Shown here piece by piece: positions 17,439 to 26,724 of a stretch of 39,329 nt of DNA (position 1 is its first letter; the number at the start of each line of letters is the position of its first letter). The stretch lies in sequence record PZ402303.1. One strand, 5' to 3'. Below the pieces are notes generated by a model. That model searched no databases and was not told where the DNA came from. It saw only the letters and a program-made list of their open reading frames with translations. Position numbers and translations under genes: made by a program. Source of the stretch: a phage.

Positions 17439-17741
17439 ATGGCTATTAAATTCCCCGGTAACACTATCCGTCTGTCCGACACCATCGACCAGTATGCTCG
17501 TCGGGTGCACATCAACGTCCGTAATGGCAAGGTCACTTTGGTCTACCGCTGGAAGGACCATAAGTCCACCAAGGCGCACACACAGCGTGTGACTCTGGAT
17601 GACACACAGGCAGGTCGTCTGCTGGCTTCCGTTGCTGTAGCCGCTACTGTGGCTGTAGGTGAAGACAATGTGCGTCAGGTTCTGCTGGGTAAGACCGTGG
17701 AGTCTGAGGGCAACATGCTTGCTGACAAGTGTGAAGAGTAA
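17439..17741 (+). CDS. Hypothetical protein, 100 aa (positional gp4.5 analogue)
   Basis: RBS TAGGAG; clean ORF followed by RNase III-type hairpin. Confidence 0.7.
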   Translation: MAIKFPGNTIRLSDTIDQYARRVHINVRNGKVTLVYRWKDHKSTKAHTQRVTLDDTQAGRLLASVAVAATVAVGEDNVRQVLLGKTVESEGNMLADKCEE

Positions 17742-17744
17742 GAG

Positions 17745-17786
17745 TTAAACTAAAGGTCATCTTAACGGGTGGCCTTCGTGATTAAC
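17745..17786 (+). promoter_or_regulatory. RNase III-type hairpin (R4.7-like)
   Basis: aaactaaaggtcatcttaacgggtggccttcgtgattaac. Confidence 0.5.
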
Positions 17787-17789
17787 TTT

Positions 17790-17812
17790 TGTATGAAATC
17801 TATTCAACTCAC
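17790..17812 (+). promoter_or_regulatory. Phage RNAP promoter (phi4.7-like)
   Basis: CTATTCAACTCACTAAT-GGGAGA. Confidence 0.7.
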
Positions 17813-17830
17813 TAATGGGAGAACAACAAT

Positions 17831-18229
17831 ATGCGTAATCGTAATGTAATCGAAGCTGAAATCTCTAAGCTGCAAGCTGAACTGGCTGATGTCAAAGAGT
17901 ATGAATGTGCTCGTGACTCTGCGGTACACATCCTGAAGAACTTAGGGTGGACTCGCTCCCGTGGTCAATGGGTGAAACCTGCCAAGGCAAACACCAAGCT
18001 GTTCGATAAGGACACCATGACCCACATTAAGGCTGGTGACTTCTGCGCATCAACTGAGACATCATCTCTATGGTACGTGCGCACGGTCGATGGCAACATC
18101 TGCTGGTGCTCACGAGTGTCCCGCATTACTCCTAACGGAACCTTAGTGACCAGCAACAACGTTGGAATCAAAGCTGAGAACCTGAAGGTAATCAACGTGA
18201 AAGACTATATGGGATACACCCATCGTTAA
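17831..18229 (+). CDS. Hypothetical protein, 132 aa (positional gp4.7 analogue)
   Basis: Initiating GGGAGA region serves as SD; N-terminal coiled-coil-like segment, Cys-containing C-terminal half. Confidence 0.7.
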   Translation: MRNRNVIEAEISKLQAELADVKEYECARDSAVHILKNLGWTRSRGQWVKPAKANTKLFDKDTMTHIKAGDFCASTETSSLWYVRTVDGNICWCSRVSRITPNGTLVTSNNVGIKAENLKVINVKDYMGYTHR

Positions 18230-18248
18230 ACTTTAAGGAGTAAACACA

Positions 18249-20363
18249 ATGTTACTATCCGACATCGAAACAAACGGGTTGCTGCACAACGTTAGTCAAT
18301 TTCACTGTGCGGTGACTTACGACTACACAACTGACCAGTACATCCGTTACCGACCTGATGACTTTGGGGCGTACATTGATGCACTCGAAGCCGAGGTTGC
18401 TCGTGGTGGTCTCATTGTGTTCCACAACGGTCACAAGTATGACGTTCCTGTTATCGAGAAGCTGGCGAAGCTGATTCTGAATCGTGACGTTAAGTTCCCG
18501 AAAGAGAACGTCTTGGACACCTTAGTGATGTCCCGACTGATTTACTCTAACATCAAAGACACTGATGCTGGTCTGCTGCGTTCTGGCAAGCTGCCAGGTA
18601 AACGCTTTGGCTCTCACGCTCTTGAGGCGTGGGGCTACCGCTTAGGCGAAATGAAGGGTGAGTACAAGGACGACTTTAAGAAGTCACTGGAAGAGTCTGG
18701 TGATGAATACGAAGACGGGATGGAGTGGCTGTTCTTCAACGAAGACATGATGGAATATAACGTTCAAGACGTTGTAGTCACCAAGGCACTCTTTGAGAAA
18801 CTGTGTAGCAACACTTTCTATTTCCCGAACGAGACACCCGCTGGAAGCACAGAAGCAGAACGTTTCTGGAACGGTAGCCTTGAGGCTGTCAAGCTGGAAC
18901 ATGATGCTGCATGGTTGTTAGCTAAGATGGAGCGTAACGGTTTTCCTATTGACATTAAGTCTCTTGAGAACCTGTACGCAGAACTCGCTGGTAGACGTGG
19001 TGAGCTACTCGTAGAGTTAACCAATACGTTTGGCTCATGGTACTCCGCTAAGGGCGGTACTGAAGCATTCAGGCATCCTCGTACCGGAAAGCCGCTCACC
19101 AAGTATCCTCGTGTGAAGTACCCGAAACAGGGTGGTATATTTAAGAAGCCTAAGAACAAGAAGCAACGTGAAGGCTTAGAGCCATGTGAGTTGGATACCC
19201 GCGATTACGTTGAGGGTGCTCCGTATACTCCGGTTGAGCACGTTGTGTTTAACCCTTCGAGCCGAGACCACATCACTCGTGTTCTCACCAAGGCTGGTTG
19301 GGTTCCCGTTGAGTTCACCCCAAGTGGTGCACCAAAGGTAGACGATGAGGTCTTAGAGCACGTTAAGGTAGACGACCCTGATGCACAGCGTTGCATTGAG
19401 TTGATTAAAGAATACCTTATGATTCAGAAACGTATCGGTCAGGTTGCTGAGGGTGATAACGGCTGGCTCCGAATGATTGGAGAAGATGGTCGTATTCACG
19501 GAAGCGTTAACCCTAACGGTGCGGTAACTGGACGTGCAACCCATAGTTTCCCTAACGTGGCACAGGTGCCTTCTATCCGTGCTGCTTATGGCGAACCTTG
19601 CCGTGCTGCTTTCGGTGCCGAGCACAACATGAAAGACGGTAAGCCAGACCCTTGGATTCAAGTTGGTGTGGATGCGTCCGGCCTTGAGCTACGTTGCTTG
19701 GGCCACTTCATGTATCGTTATGATGAGGGTGAGTACGTTGAGACTATCCTCACTGGTGACATCCATACGAAGAACCAATTGGCTGCGGGCCTACCAACTC
19801 GTGACAACGCTAAGACATTTATCTATGGGTTCCTCTATGGTGCTGGCGCTGCGAAGATAGGACAGATTGTTGGTGGTACTGCCGAAGACGGTAAGCGACT
19901 CATAAAGAACTTCCTTGAGCAAACCCCTGCTATCGCTGCATTACGTGAAGCAATCACAGGGACACTCGTCAAGGACTCTAAGTGGGTTGGTGGTGAACAG
20001 AAAGTAACTTGGAAGCGCCGTTGGGTTCGAGGCTTGGATGGTCGTAAAGTACACGTCCGTAGTCCTCACGCTGCGTTGAACACCTTGTTGCAATCTGCTG
20101 GTGCTCTGATTTGTAAACTGTGGATTGTAGAGACTGAGCGTCTGTTACTGGAAGCTGGCCTGAAGCATGGCTGGGATGGTGACTTTGCGTATATGGCTTG
20201 GGTACACGATGAGATTCAGGTAGCTGCACGTACTCAAGAGATTGCCGATAAGATTGTAGAGTTGGCACAGCAAGCAATGCGTAATGTGGGAGACCACTTT
20301 AACTTTAGATGTCAGTTAGATACCGAAGGTAAGACTGGCGCAAACTGGAAAGATTGTCACTAA
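18249..20363 (+). CDS. 5: DNA polymerase (gp5, family A) with 3'-5' exonuclease domain, 704 aa
   Basis: Same length as T7 gp5; exo motif DIE(T/A)N, FHNGHKYD, pol motifs ...KTFIYGFLYGAG and WVHDEIQ. Confidence 0.97.
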   Translation: MLLSDIETNGLLHNVSQFHCAVTYDYTTDQYIRYRPDDFGAYIDALEAEVARGGLIVFHNGHKYDVPVIEKLAKLILNRDVKFPKENVLDTLVMSRLIYSNIKDTDAGLLRSGKLPGKRFGSHALEAWGYRLGEMKGEYKDDFKKSLEESGDEYEDGMEWLFFNEDMMEYNVQDVVVTKALFEKLCSNTFYFPNETPAGSTEAERFWNGSLEAVKLEHDAAWLLAKMERNGFPIDIKSLENLYAELAGRRGELLVELTNTFGSWYSAKGGTEAFRHPRTGKPLTKYPRVKYPKQGGIFKKPKNKKQREGLEPCELDTRDYVEGAPYTPVEHVVFNPSSRDHITRVLTKAGWVPVEFTPSGAPKVDDEVLEHVKVDDPDAQRCIELIKEYLMIQKRIGQVAEGDNGWLRMIGEDGRIHGSVNPNGAVTGRATHSFPNVAQVPSIRAAYGEPCRAAFGAEHNMKDGKPDPWIQVGVDASGLELRCLGHFMYRYDEGEYVETILTGDIHTKNQLAAGLPTRDNAKTFIYGFLYGAGAAKIGQIVGGTAEDGKRLIKNFLEQTPAIAALREAITGTLVKDSKWVGGEQKVTWKRRWVRGLDGRKVHVRSPHAALNTLLQSAGALICKLWIVETERLLLEAGLKHGWDGDFAYMAWVHDEIQVAARTQEIADKIVELAQQAMRNVGDHFNFRCQLDTEGKTGANWKDCH

Positions 20364-20378
20364 TAGGAGACACATATC

Positions 20379-20681
20379 ATGGCTATTACTAAACGTTTTA
20401 AAGTATCATTCGAAGTCACCGCTGTAATTGATAGCGAGTCTGAGAACAACCTGAATGATTTACTCGTAGACATCGCTAAGAAAGCTGCCACTGGTGAGGA
20501 ACTTAACCCGTTTAAACGTGAGTTGCTAGTTCAAGGTCTAACCTATGGACCAGAAGGTGCTGCCGCATTCTGTATCAAGCAGGGTCTTCGCAATTTTATT
20601 CGTGAGGGCCACGGCGAACTGAGTTCAACCGAGCGAAAGCTCATGCGATTCTCTCCAGCTACTATTCGTGAGGTGAAGTAA
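20379..20681 (+). CDS. 5.5: gp5.5-like protein (H-NS-binding family in T7), 100 aa
   Basis: N-terminus MA.TK.FKVSF.VTA resembles recalled T7 gp5.5; RBS TAGGAG. Confidence 0.7.
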   Translation: MAITKRFKVSFEVTAVIDSESENNLNDLLVDIAKKAATGEELNPFKRELLVQGLTYGPEGAAAFCIKQGLRNFIREGHGELSSTERKLMRFSPATIREVK

Positions 20682-20890
20682 TGGGTGATTATCTACGTGT
20701 ACTGGCGGCTATCAAAAGCTGCCCCAAGACCTTTCAGTCGAACTATGTGCGCAACAATGCGTCACTGGTGGCTGAGGCTGCGAGTCGTGGTCATATCTCT
20801 TGCCTATCAGTCGATGGGCGTAATGCTGGCGCTTGGGAAGTAACAGGCGCTGGTGTCCGATTCCTGAAGAAGATGGGAGGTTGCGTATGA
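20681..20890 (+). CDS. 5.7: gp5.7-like protein, 69 aa
   Basis: Near-identical to recalled T7 gp5.7 (AIKSCPKTFQSNYVRNNASLVAEAASRGHISCLS...RFLK.MGGCV). Confidence 0.85.
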   Translation: MGDYLRVLAAIKSCPKTFQSNYVRNNASLVAEAASRGHISCLSVDGRNAGAWEVTGAGVRFLKKMGGCV

Positions 20891-21801
20891 GCGCAATTAC
20901 ACTGAAGGAGTTCTACGAGTTACGCCAAGGGAAATCCGATAAGGGTGTTCTCGTAATGGATGGTGACTGGCTGGTATTCCAAGCGATGGCAGCAAGCGAA
21001 GTCGAGACCGATTGGGGTGACGATGTGTGGACCTTAGAGTGTGACCACGGGAAAGCGTGGAACATTCTGGTTGACTCTATCAAGTCCTATGCGAGTCGTA
21101 AGAAGGCTTGGCGTGATGCACCTATCGTACTGGCCTTCACGGACGCTGTGAACTGGCGTAAGGAACTAGTGGACCCAACCTATAAGGAGAACCGTAAGGC
21201 ATCCCGTAAGCCTGTAGGATACCGTGCGTTCGTCGAGCGTGTTCAAGCATGTGAGGACTGGATGTCTATCCTTGAAGACCGACTTGAGGGTGATGACGTA
21301 ATGGGAATCATTGGGTCTGGTGCTAAACATTTTGGTTTCAAGAAGGCTGTACTGGTCTCCTGTGATAAGGACTTTAAGACCATCCCTGATTGTGACTTCT
21401 TGTGGTGCACGACTGGTAACATCTTGACTCAAGACCAGACTACTGCTGACTACTGGCACATCTATCAGACCATTAAAGGTGACTTGACGGATGGTTATGG
21501 TGGCATTCCGGGCTGGGGCGAGACTACCGCTGAGTGGCTGGAGAACCCGTATGCCTTTGAACAGGTTGAGAAAACTTTCAAGTCTGGTGCCCGTAAGGGA
21601 CAGACAGTTCTCGAATGGAAAAAGGTTGACATGGGTGAGCGAACCCTATGGGAAGCCATTGTGACACTTGGTGCAAAAGCTGGGATGACCGAAGAGGAAA
21701 TCATTAAGCAAGGCCAGATGGCTCGTATACTTCGATTCGAAGAGTACAACTTTATCGACAAGGAGATTTACCTATGGTCGCCGGAACAGTTGCGTTCGTA
21801 A
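20887..21801 (+). CDS. 6: 5'-3' exonuclease (gp6), 304 aa
   Basis: ATG at 20887 (ATGA overlap with 5.7 stop) preceded by GGGAGG; strong similarity to recalled T7 gp6; track ORF 20833 extends upstream. Confidence 0.95.
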   Translation: MSAITLKEFYELRQGKSDKGVLVMDGDWLVFQAMAASEVETDWGDDVWTLECDHGKAWNILVDSIKSYASRKKAWRDAPIVLAFTDAVNWRKELVDPTYKENRKASRKPVGYRAFVERVQACEDWMSILEDRLEGDDVMGIIGSGAKHFGFKKAVLVSCDKDFKTIPDCDFLWCTTGNILTQDQTTADYWHIYQTIKGDLTDGYGGIPGWGETTAEWLENPYAFEQVEKTFKSGARKGQTVLEWKKVDMGERTLWEAIVTLGAKAGMTEEEIIKQGQMARILRFEEYNFIDKEIYLWSPEQLRS

Positions 21802-21860
21802 TGTTCGCAATCGTAGCCTTCGCTATGGTGTGGGCTGCATTTATAGCTAAGAGTGTGTAA
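21774..21860 (+). CDS. Hydrophobic micro-protein, 28 aa (positional gp6.3 analogue)
   Basis: RBS AAGGAG at 9-nt spacing; overlaps gene 6 end in another frame; MVAGTVAFVMFAIVAFAMVWAAFIAKSV. Confidence 0.45.
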   Translation: MVAGTVAFVMFAIVAFAMVWAAFIAKSV

Positions 21861-21888
21861 CTCTAGGCATTCTTCTCGACAGTGAAAT

Positions 21889-21911
21889 CAATACGACTCA
21901 CTATTGAGAGG
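21889..21911 (+). promoter_or_regulatory. Phage RNAP promoter (phi6.5-like)
   Basis: CAATACGACTCACTATT-GAGAGG. Confidence 0.75.
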
Positions 21912-21962
21912 GGTGCCTATATGATACCTACTTTAAGTTTAACTTTAAGGAGAACATTAATT

Positions 21963-22208
21963 ATGTTAACCCCTATCAAGAAGTATATGGAGAACCCACA
22001 AGATATTCCTAACGTTCCTCGTGCAACTATGGAGTACCTACAGGTTCAATACAATGCTGGATATGCTATTCAGTCAGGACTAATCAACCGATTGAAACAG
22101 GCTGGATGGTCTGAAAGCTACATCGCTGGGTTCCTCGCGGGTCTCAACTATGCGTCTCAAACTCTGGACGACATGGAGGCAATCCGTAAGGAACAGGCTG
22201 AGTCGTAA
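21963..22208 (+). CDS. 6.5: gp6.5-like protein, 81 aa
   Basis: MLTPI...NP.DIP.VPRAT.EYLQV resembles recalled T7 gp6.5; RBS TAAGGAG; track start 21882 lies upstream. Confidence 0.8.
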   Translation: MLTPIKKYMENPQDIPNVPRATMEYLQVQYNAGYAIQSGLINRLKQAGWSESYIAGFLAGLNYASQTLDDMEAIRKEQAES

Positions 22209-22217
22209 GGAGGTCTT

Positions 22218-22493
22218 ATGTGCTTTTCGCCAAAGATTAAGACACCTAAAGTAAAGACTGAATCCATCCGAGCTATCGACCCTGCGCCACTGACGGAAGA
22301 ACCGAAAGGTATTCTCTTTGGTGGCGAAGAGGACAATGATAGCGGGACCTCTTCTGAGGTGCCAACGGGTGGCAAGAAGTCCCTGAAGGTGAAACTGGAT
22401 GACTCCGTTGAGAAGTCCAAGAAGGCAGACTCCGATGCTGCCAAGAAGAAGTCTAAATCTGGTATCCGTACCAGTATCTTTAAGAAGAAATAA
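22218..22493 (+). CDS. 6.7: Virion protein gp6.7-like, 91 aa
   Basis: MCFSPKIKTPK...IRA..PAPLT as in recalled T7 gp6.7; RBS AAGGAGG. Confidence 0.85.
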   Translation: MCFSPKIKTPKVKTESIRAIDPAPLTEEPKGILFGGEEDNDSGTSSEVPTGGKKSLKVKLDDSVEKSKKADSDAAKKKSKSGIRTSIFKKK

Positions 22494-22507
22494 ATAGGAG
22501 GTCTATC

Positions 22508-22876
22508 ATGGGTTGGGGTAAAAAGATTCGCAAATCAGTTAAGAAGGCTGTCAAGAAAGTAACCAAGCCTATCGAGAAGGTAGTCAAGGAAACTGGTAAG
22601 GCAGTTGAGAAGGTCGGTAAGGAAGCTGGTAAGGTCGTTGGTGGCGTTGCTGGTGCACTTGCTGGTGGTGGTAAGCCTGATGTACAGGTGGTTGAACAAG
22701 CTGCTCCTGTAGCTGCTCCGGCCCCGGCTGCTGCACAGATTATTGAGCCACCGAGTAAAGACGATGTGGATACCGATGATGATGCACAGACCGAATCTGG
22801 CAAGAAGAAAGCCCGTGCTGGCGGTAAGAAATCTCTGAGTGTCGCTCGCAGTTCTGGCGGTGGTCTGAATATCTAA
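22508..22876 (+). CDS. 7.3: Tail/host-range protein gp7.3-like, 122 aa
   Basis: Lys-rich N-terminus MGWGKKIRKSVKKAVKKV, Ala/Pro-rich middle; RBS TAGGAGG; no gene 7 between 6.7 and 7.3. Confidence 0.85.
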   Translation: MGWGKKIRKSVKKAVKKVTKPIEKVVKETGKAVEKVGKEAGKVVGGVAGALAGGGKPDVQVVEQAAPVAAPAPAAAQIIEPPSKDDVDTDDDAQTESGKKKARAGGKKSLSVARSSGGGLNI

Positions 22877-22889
22877 TTAAGGAGGCACT

Positions 22890-24497
22890 ATGGCAAGCTC
22901 ACAGAAACGTGAAGGCTTCGCGGAGAATGGTGCCAAGGCGGTGTATGACGCATTGAAGAACGACCGGAACTCCTATGAGACCCGTGCGGAAAACTGTGCG
23001 AAGTACACCATCCCTTCGTTGTTCCCTAAAGACTCCGACAACGCCTCTACTGACTACACCACTCCGTGGCAAGCAGTTGGCGCTCGTGGCTTGAACAACT
23101 TGGCCTCTAAGCTCATGCTCGCTCTGTTCCCTATGCAGACGTGGATGAAGCTGACCATCTCTGAGTTCGAAGCGAAACAATTGGTTGCACAGCCAGCCGA
23201 ACTAGCGAAGGTCGAAGAAGGTCTCTCAATGGTCGAGCGAATCTTGATGAACTACATCGAGTCCAACTCGTACCGTGTGACACTCTTTGAGACCCTCAAG
23301 CAGTTGGTCGTTGCAGGTAACGCTCTGCTCTACATTCCTGAACCTGAAGGTGCTTACAATCCGATGAAGCTATACCGACTGTCTTCTTATGTTGTCCAAC
23401 GAGACGCATTCGGCACGGTGCTACAGATTGTAACCTTAGATAAGACTGCCTATGCAGCACTTCCAGAAGACGTTCGAAACTCTATGGACTCCGGTCAGGA
23501 ACATAAAGGCGACGAAATGATTGATGTGTACACTCACATTTATCTTGACGAAGAATCTGGTGAGTACCTCAAGTACGAAGAGATTGATGGTGTTGAAGTC
23601 GATGGTACAGATGCTTCTTATCCGGTGGACGCTTGTCCTTATATCCCGGTTCGCATGGTACGCATTGATGGAGAATCATATGGTCGTTCTTACTGTGAGG
23701 AATACTTAGGTGACTTACGGTCCCTTGAGAACCTCCAAGAAGCTATCGTTAAGATGTCAATGATTAGTGCTAAAGTTATTGGCTTGGTTAACCCGGCTGG
23801 TATCACACAGGTTCGTCGTTTGACCAAAGCACAGACTGGTGACTTCGTGTCTGGTCGTCCAGAAGACATCTCGTTCCTTCAGCTTGAAAAGGCCGCAGAC
23901 TTCTCTGTAGCGAAAGCTGTGAGTGAACAGATTGAGGGCCGACTGTCCTATGCCTTTATGTTGAACTCCGCTGTGCAACGCACTGGTGAGCGTGTGACTG
24001 CCGAAGAGATTCGATATGTTGCATCTGAACTCGAAGATACCCTTGGTGGTGTCTATTCGATTCTCTCACAGGAACTTCAGTTGCCAATGGTTCGTGTCCT
24101 GCTGAAGCAACTTCAAGCGACCAATCAGATTCCTGAGCTACCGAAAGAGGCCGTTGAGCCTACTATCAGTACCGGGATGGAAGCATTGGGTCGTGGTCAA
24201 GACCTCGATAAGCTGGAGCGTTGTATTGCTGCTTGGTCTGCTCTTGCTCCTATGCAGAATGACCCGGACATCAACATTGCGACCATTAAGTTGCGCATTG
24301 CGAACGCTATCGGCATCGACACTTCTGGTATCCTCAAGACACCTGAAGAGAAACAACAGGAGATGGCTGAGGCTGCTCAAGGAACTGCACTGGAGAACGC
24401 TGCTGCATCTGCTGGTGCTGGTGCTGGTGCACTTGCTACTGCAAGCCCTGAGAACATGCAAGCGGCTGCTGAACAGGCTGGAATGGTTCCAAATTAA
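22890..24497 (+). CDS. 8: Portal / head-tail connector protein (gp8), 535 aa
   Basis: Size and position as T7 gp8; RBS AAGGAGG. Confidence 0.97.
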   Translation: MASSQKREGFAENGAKAVYDALKNDRNSYETRAENCAKYTIPSLFPKDSDNASTDYTTPWQAVGARGLNNLASKLMLALFPMQTWMKLTISEFEAKQLVAQPAELAKVEEGLSMVERILMNYIESNSYRVTLFETLKQLVVAGNALLYIPEPEGAYNPMKLYRLSSYVVQRDAFGTVLQIVTLDKTAYAALPEDVRNSMDSGQEHKGDEMIDVYTHIYLDEESGEYLKYEEIDGVEVDGTDASYPVDACPYIPVRMVRIDGESYGRSYCEEYLGDLRSLENLQEAIVKMSMISAKVIGLVNPAGITQVRRLTKAQTGDFVSGRPEDISFLQLEKAADFSVAKAVSEQIEGRLSYAFMLNSAVQRTGERVTAEEIRYVASELEDTLGGVYSILSQELQLPMVRVLLKQLQATNQIPELPKEAVEPTISTGMEALGRGQDLDKLERCIAAWSALAPMQNDPDINIATIKLRIANAIGIDTSGILKTPEEKQQEMAEAAQGTALENAAASAGAGAGALATASPENMQAAAEQAGMVPN

Positions 24498-24517
24498 TAC
24501 GACTCACTAATGGGAGA
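24495..24517 (+). promoter_or_regulatory. Phage RNAP promoter (phi9-like)
   Basis: TAATACGACTCACTAAT-GGGAGA with hairpin GGGAGAGACAATACGTCCTCCC. Confidence 0.8.
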
Positions 24518-24573
24518 GACAATACGTCCTCCCTTTGAGTTCAACTTTATGAAATCTAAAGGAGATAACAATT

Positions 24574-25485
24574 ATGGCTGGTGAATCTAACGCTGACGTA
24601 TACGCATCTTTTGGTGTGAACTCTGCGGTTGTCGGTGGGTCTACTCCTACTGACCACGAACAGGCTATGCTTGAACTCGACGTTGCTGCCCGTGATGGTG
24701 ATGACGCAATTGAGTTAGTAAGTAACGATGACCCGTATGGTAATCCAGACCCGTTCGGTGAAGAAGACGAAGACCGCACTGAGATTCGTATCTCCACTGA
24801 TGGTGAACCTGAAGTAACCGAAGAAGGTGAAATCGACTATGAAGGAACCGAAGATGAAGGCTCCGAAGAGTTTGAACCAGTTGGTGACGTTCCAGATGAA
24901 CTGAACGAAGCCTCAAGTCAACTCGAAGAGCACGAAGCTGGTTTCGAAGAGATGGTCAATCAGGCTGCTGAACGTGGTCTGTCTGAAGAAACCATCGTGC
25001 GTATCCAACAGGAATACGGAGAGGACGGTCTGTCTGAAGAGTCTTACGAAGAGTTAGCCAAAGCTGGTTACTCCAAGTCGTTTGTTGACTCCTACATCCG
25101 TGGTCAGGAAGCACTGGTAGAACAGTATGTTCAGTCCGTTATGGAGTACGCTGGCGGTGGAGCACAGTTCCAAGCAATCTACAATCACCTCGAAGTGTCC
25201 AACCCGGATGCTGCCGAGTCTCTGATTAGTGCCTTGGAGAATCGTGACCTCGCAACAGTTAAGGCTATCGTTAATCTCGCTGGTGCAAGCCGTGAGAAGA
25301 CTTTCGGTAAACCTGCTGCCCGTAGCATTTCTAAACGTGCCGTACCTGCTGCACCTGTACGAGCCAAACAGTCTGGCTTTGAGTCACAGGCTGAGATGAT
25401 TGCTGCAATGTCCGACCCTCGCTACCGTTCGGACTCTAAGTTCCGTGCTGAAGTTGAGCGTAAGATGATGTACAGTAACTTCTAA
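24574..25485 (+). CDS. 9: Capsid assembly scaffolding protein (gp9), 303 aa
   Basis: Highly acidic, position between portal and capsid genes; RBS AAAGGAG. Confidence 0.9.
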   Translation: MAGESNADVYASFGVNSAVVGGSTPTDHEQAMLELDVAARDGDDAIELVSNDDPYGNPDPFGEEDEDRTEIRISTDGEPEVTEEGEIDYEGTEDEGSEEFEPVGDVPDELNEASSQLEEHEAGFEEMVNQAAERGLSEETIVRIQQEYGEDGLSEESYEELAKAGYSKSFVDSYIRGQEALVEQYVQSVMEYAGGGAQFQAIYNHLEVSNPDAAESLISALENRDLATVKAIVNLAGASREKTFGKPAARSISKRAVPAAPVRAKQSGFESQAEMIAAMSDPRYRSDSKFRAEVERKMMYSNF

Positions 25486-25488
25486 AAT

Positions 25489-25511
25489 TAATACGACTCA
25501 CTATTGGGAGA
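25489..25511 (+). promoter_or_regulatory. Phage RNAP promoter (phi10-like, exact consensus)
   Basis: TAATACGACTCACTATT-GGGAGA. Confidence 0.85.
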
Positions 25512-25596
25512 GAGATGGAATCCCACGATTGGAGGTCACACAGACCATTAAGTTGCTGTGACATCTGGCTTCCGGGCTTGTCGTGGGAATGCTCCC
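25506..25596 (+). promoter_or_regulatory. Extended structured element in the gene 10 5' leader
   Basis: Nested complementarity: GGGAG(25506-10)/CTCCC(25592-96); TCCCACGA(25521-28)/TCGTGGGA(25581-88); GTCACA(25535-40)/TGTGAC(25557-62); leader is 175 nt. Confidence 0.35.
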
Positions 25597-25680
25597 TTTG
25601 AGTGATACACAATGAGAACCAACTCGTTTCAAGTAGTACCTCACACATTTAAACTTTAAATTAACAGAAGGAGATTCAAC

Positions 25681-26724
25681 ATGGCTAAGATGAATGGTGG
25701 TCAGCAAATTGGTAAAGACCAAGGTAAAGGTATGTCTGCTGGTGATAAACTGGCTCTGTTCCTGAAAGTGTTCGGTGGTGAAGTTCTGACAGCGTTTACT
25801 CGTACCTCTGTTACCATGAACAAACACCTCGTGCGTTCCATTCAGTCCGGTAAGTCCGCGCAGTTCCCTGTGCTGGGTCGTACCAAAGCTGCTTACCTGC
25901 AACCGGGTGAGAACCTCGATGACAAACGTAAAGACATGAAGCACACTGAGCGTACCATTAACATTGATGGTCTGCTGACTGCTGACGTTCTGATTTACGA
26001 CATCGAAGACGCAATGAACCACTATGACGTGCGCTCCGAGTATACCGCACAGTTGGGTGAATCTCTTGCGATGGCTGCTGATGGCGCGGTTCTGGCTGAA
26101 ATGGCTAAACTGTGTAACCTGCCGTCTGCGTCTGATGAGAACATCGCTGGTCTCGGTAAGGCTCATGTACTGGAAGTTGGCAAGCAGTCTGAGCTTCGGG
26201 GAGACCAAGTTAAGCTGGGTCAGGCTATCATCGCACAGTTAACTCTGGCTCGTGCCAAGCTGACTGGCAACTATGTTCCGGCTGCTGACCGTGTGTTCTA
26301 CACCACTCCAGACAACTACTCTGCTATTCTGGCTGCTCTGATGCCTAACGCTGCAAACTATCAGGCTCTGATTGACCCGTCTACTGGCTCTATCCGCAAC
26401 GTTATGGGCTTCGAAGTTATTGAGGTTCCGCATCTGACTGCTGGTGGTGCTGGCGAAGACCGTCCAGAAGAGGGTGCAAATCCGACTGGTCAGAAACATG
26501 CGTTCCCTGAGACTTCCTCTGGTGACACCCGTGTTGCTCTGGACAACGTTGTCGGTCTGTTCAATCACCGCTCTGCCGTTGGTACTGTTAAGCTGAAAGA
26601 TATGGCACTGGAACGTGCTCGTCGAGCTAACTTCCAAGCAGACCAGATTATCGCTAAGTACGCTATGGGTCACGGTGGTCTGCGCCCTGAAGCATGTGGT
26701 GCGCTGGTTTTCAACAAGTCTTAA
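25681..26724 (+). CDS. 10A: Major capsid protein (gp10A), 347 aa
   Basis: High similarity to recalled T7 gp10A (GDKLALFLKVFGGEVLTAF.RTSVT...HMVRSI.SGKSAQFPVLGRT.AAYL.PGENLDDKRKD); RBS AAGGAG. Confidence 0.97.
   Translation: MAKMNGGQQIGKDQGKGMSAGDKLALFLKVFGGEVLTAFTRTSVTMNKHLVRSIQSGKSAQFPVLGRTKAAYLQPGENLDDKRKDMKHTERTINIDGLLTADVLIYDIEDAMNHYDVRSEYTAQLGESLAMAADGAVLAEMAKLCNLPSASDENIAGLGKAHVLEVGKQSELRGDQVKLGQAIIAQLTLARAKLTGNYVPAADRVFYTTPDNYSAILAALMPNAANYQALIDPSTGSIRNVMGFEVIEVPHLTAGGAGEDRPEEGANPTGQKHAFPETSSGDTRVALDNVVGLFNHRSAVGTVKLKDMALERARRANFQADQIIAKYAMGHGGLRPEACGALVFNKS

Noticed and set aside
25515-25601. 28-codon ORF (MESHDWRSHRPLSCCDIWLPGLSWECSL) in the gene 10 leader
   Set aside because: ATG immediately abuts the GGGAGAGAG initiating sequence with no usable spacing, and the region is better explained by nested RNA pairing
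25501-26208. Long minus-strand ORFs (e.g. 25501-26208, 31321-32064, 11336-11902, 34484-35020, 1183-1584)
   Set aside because: All lie antisense to strongly supported + strand genes in a genome transcribed entirely left to right; no promoters or RBS; treated as shadow ORFs
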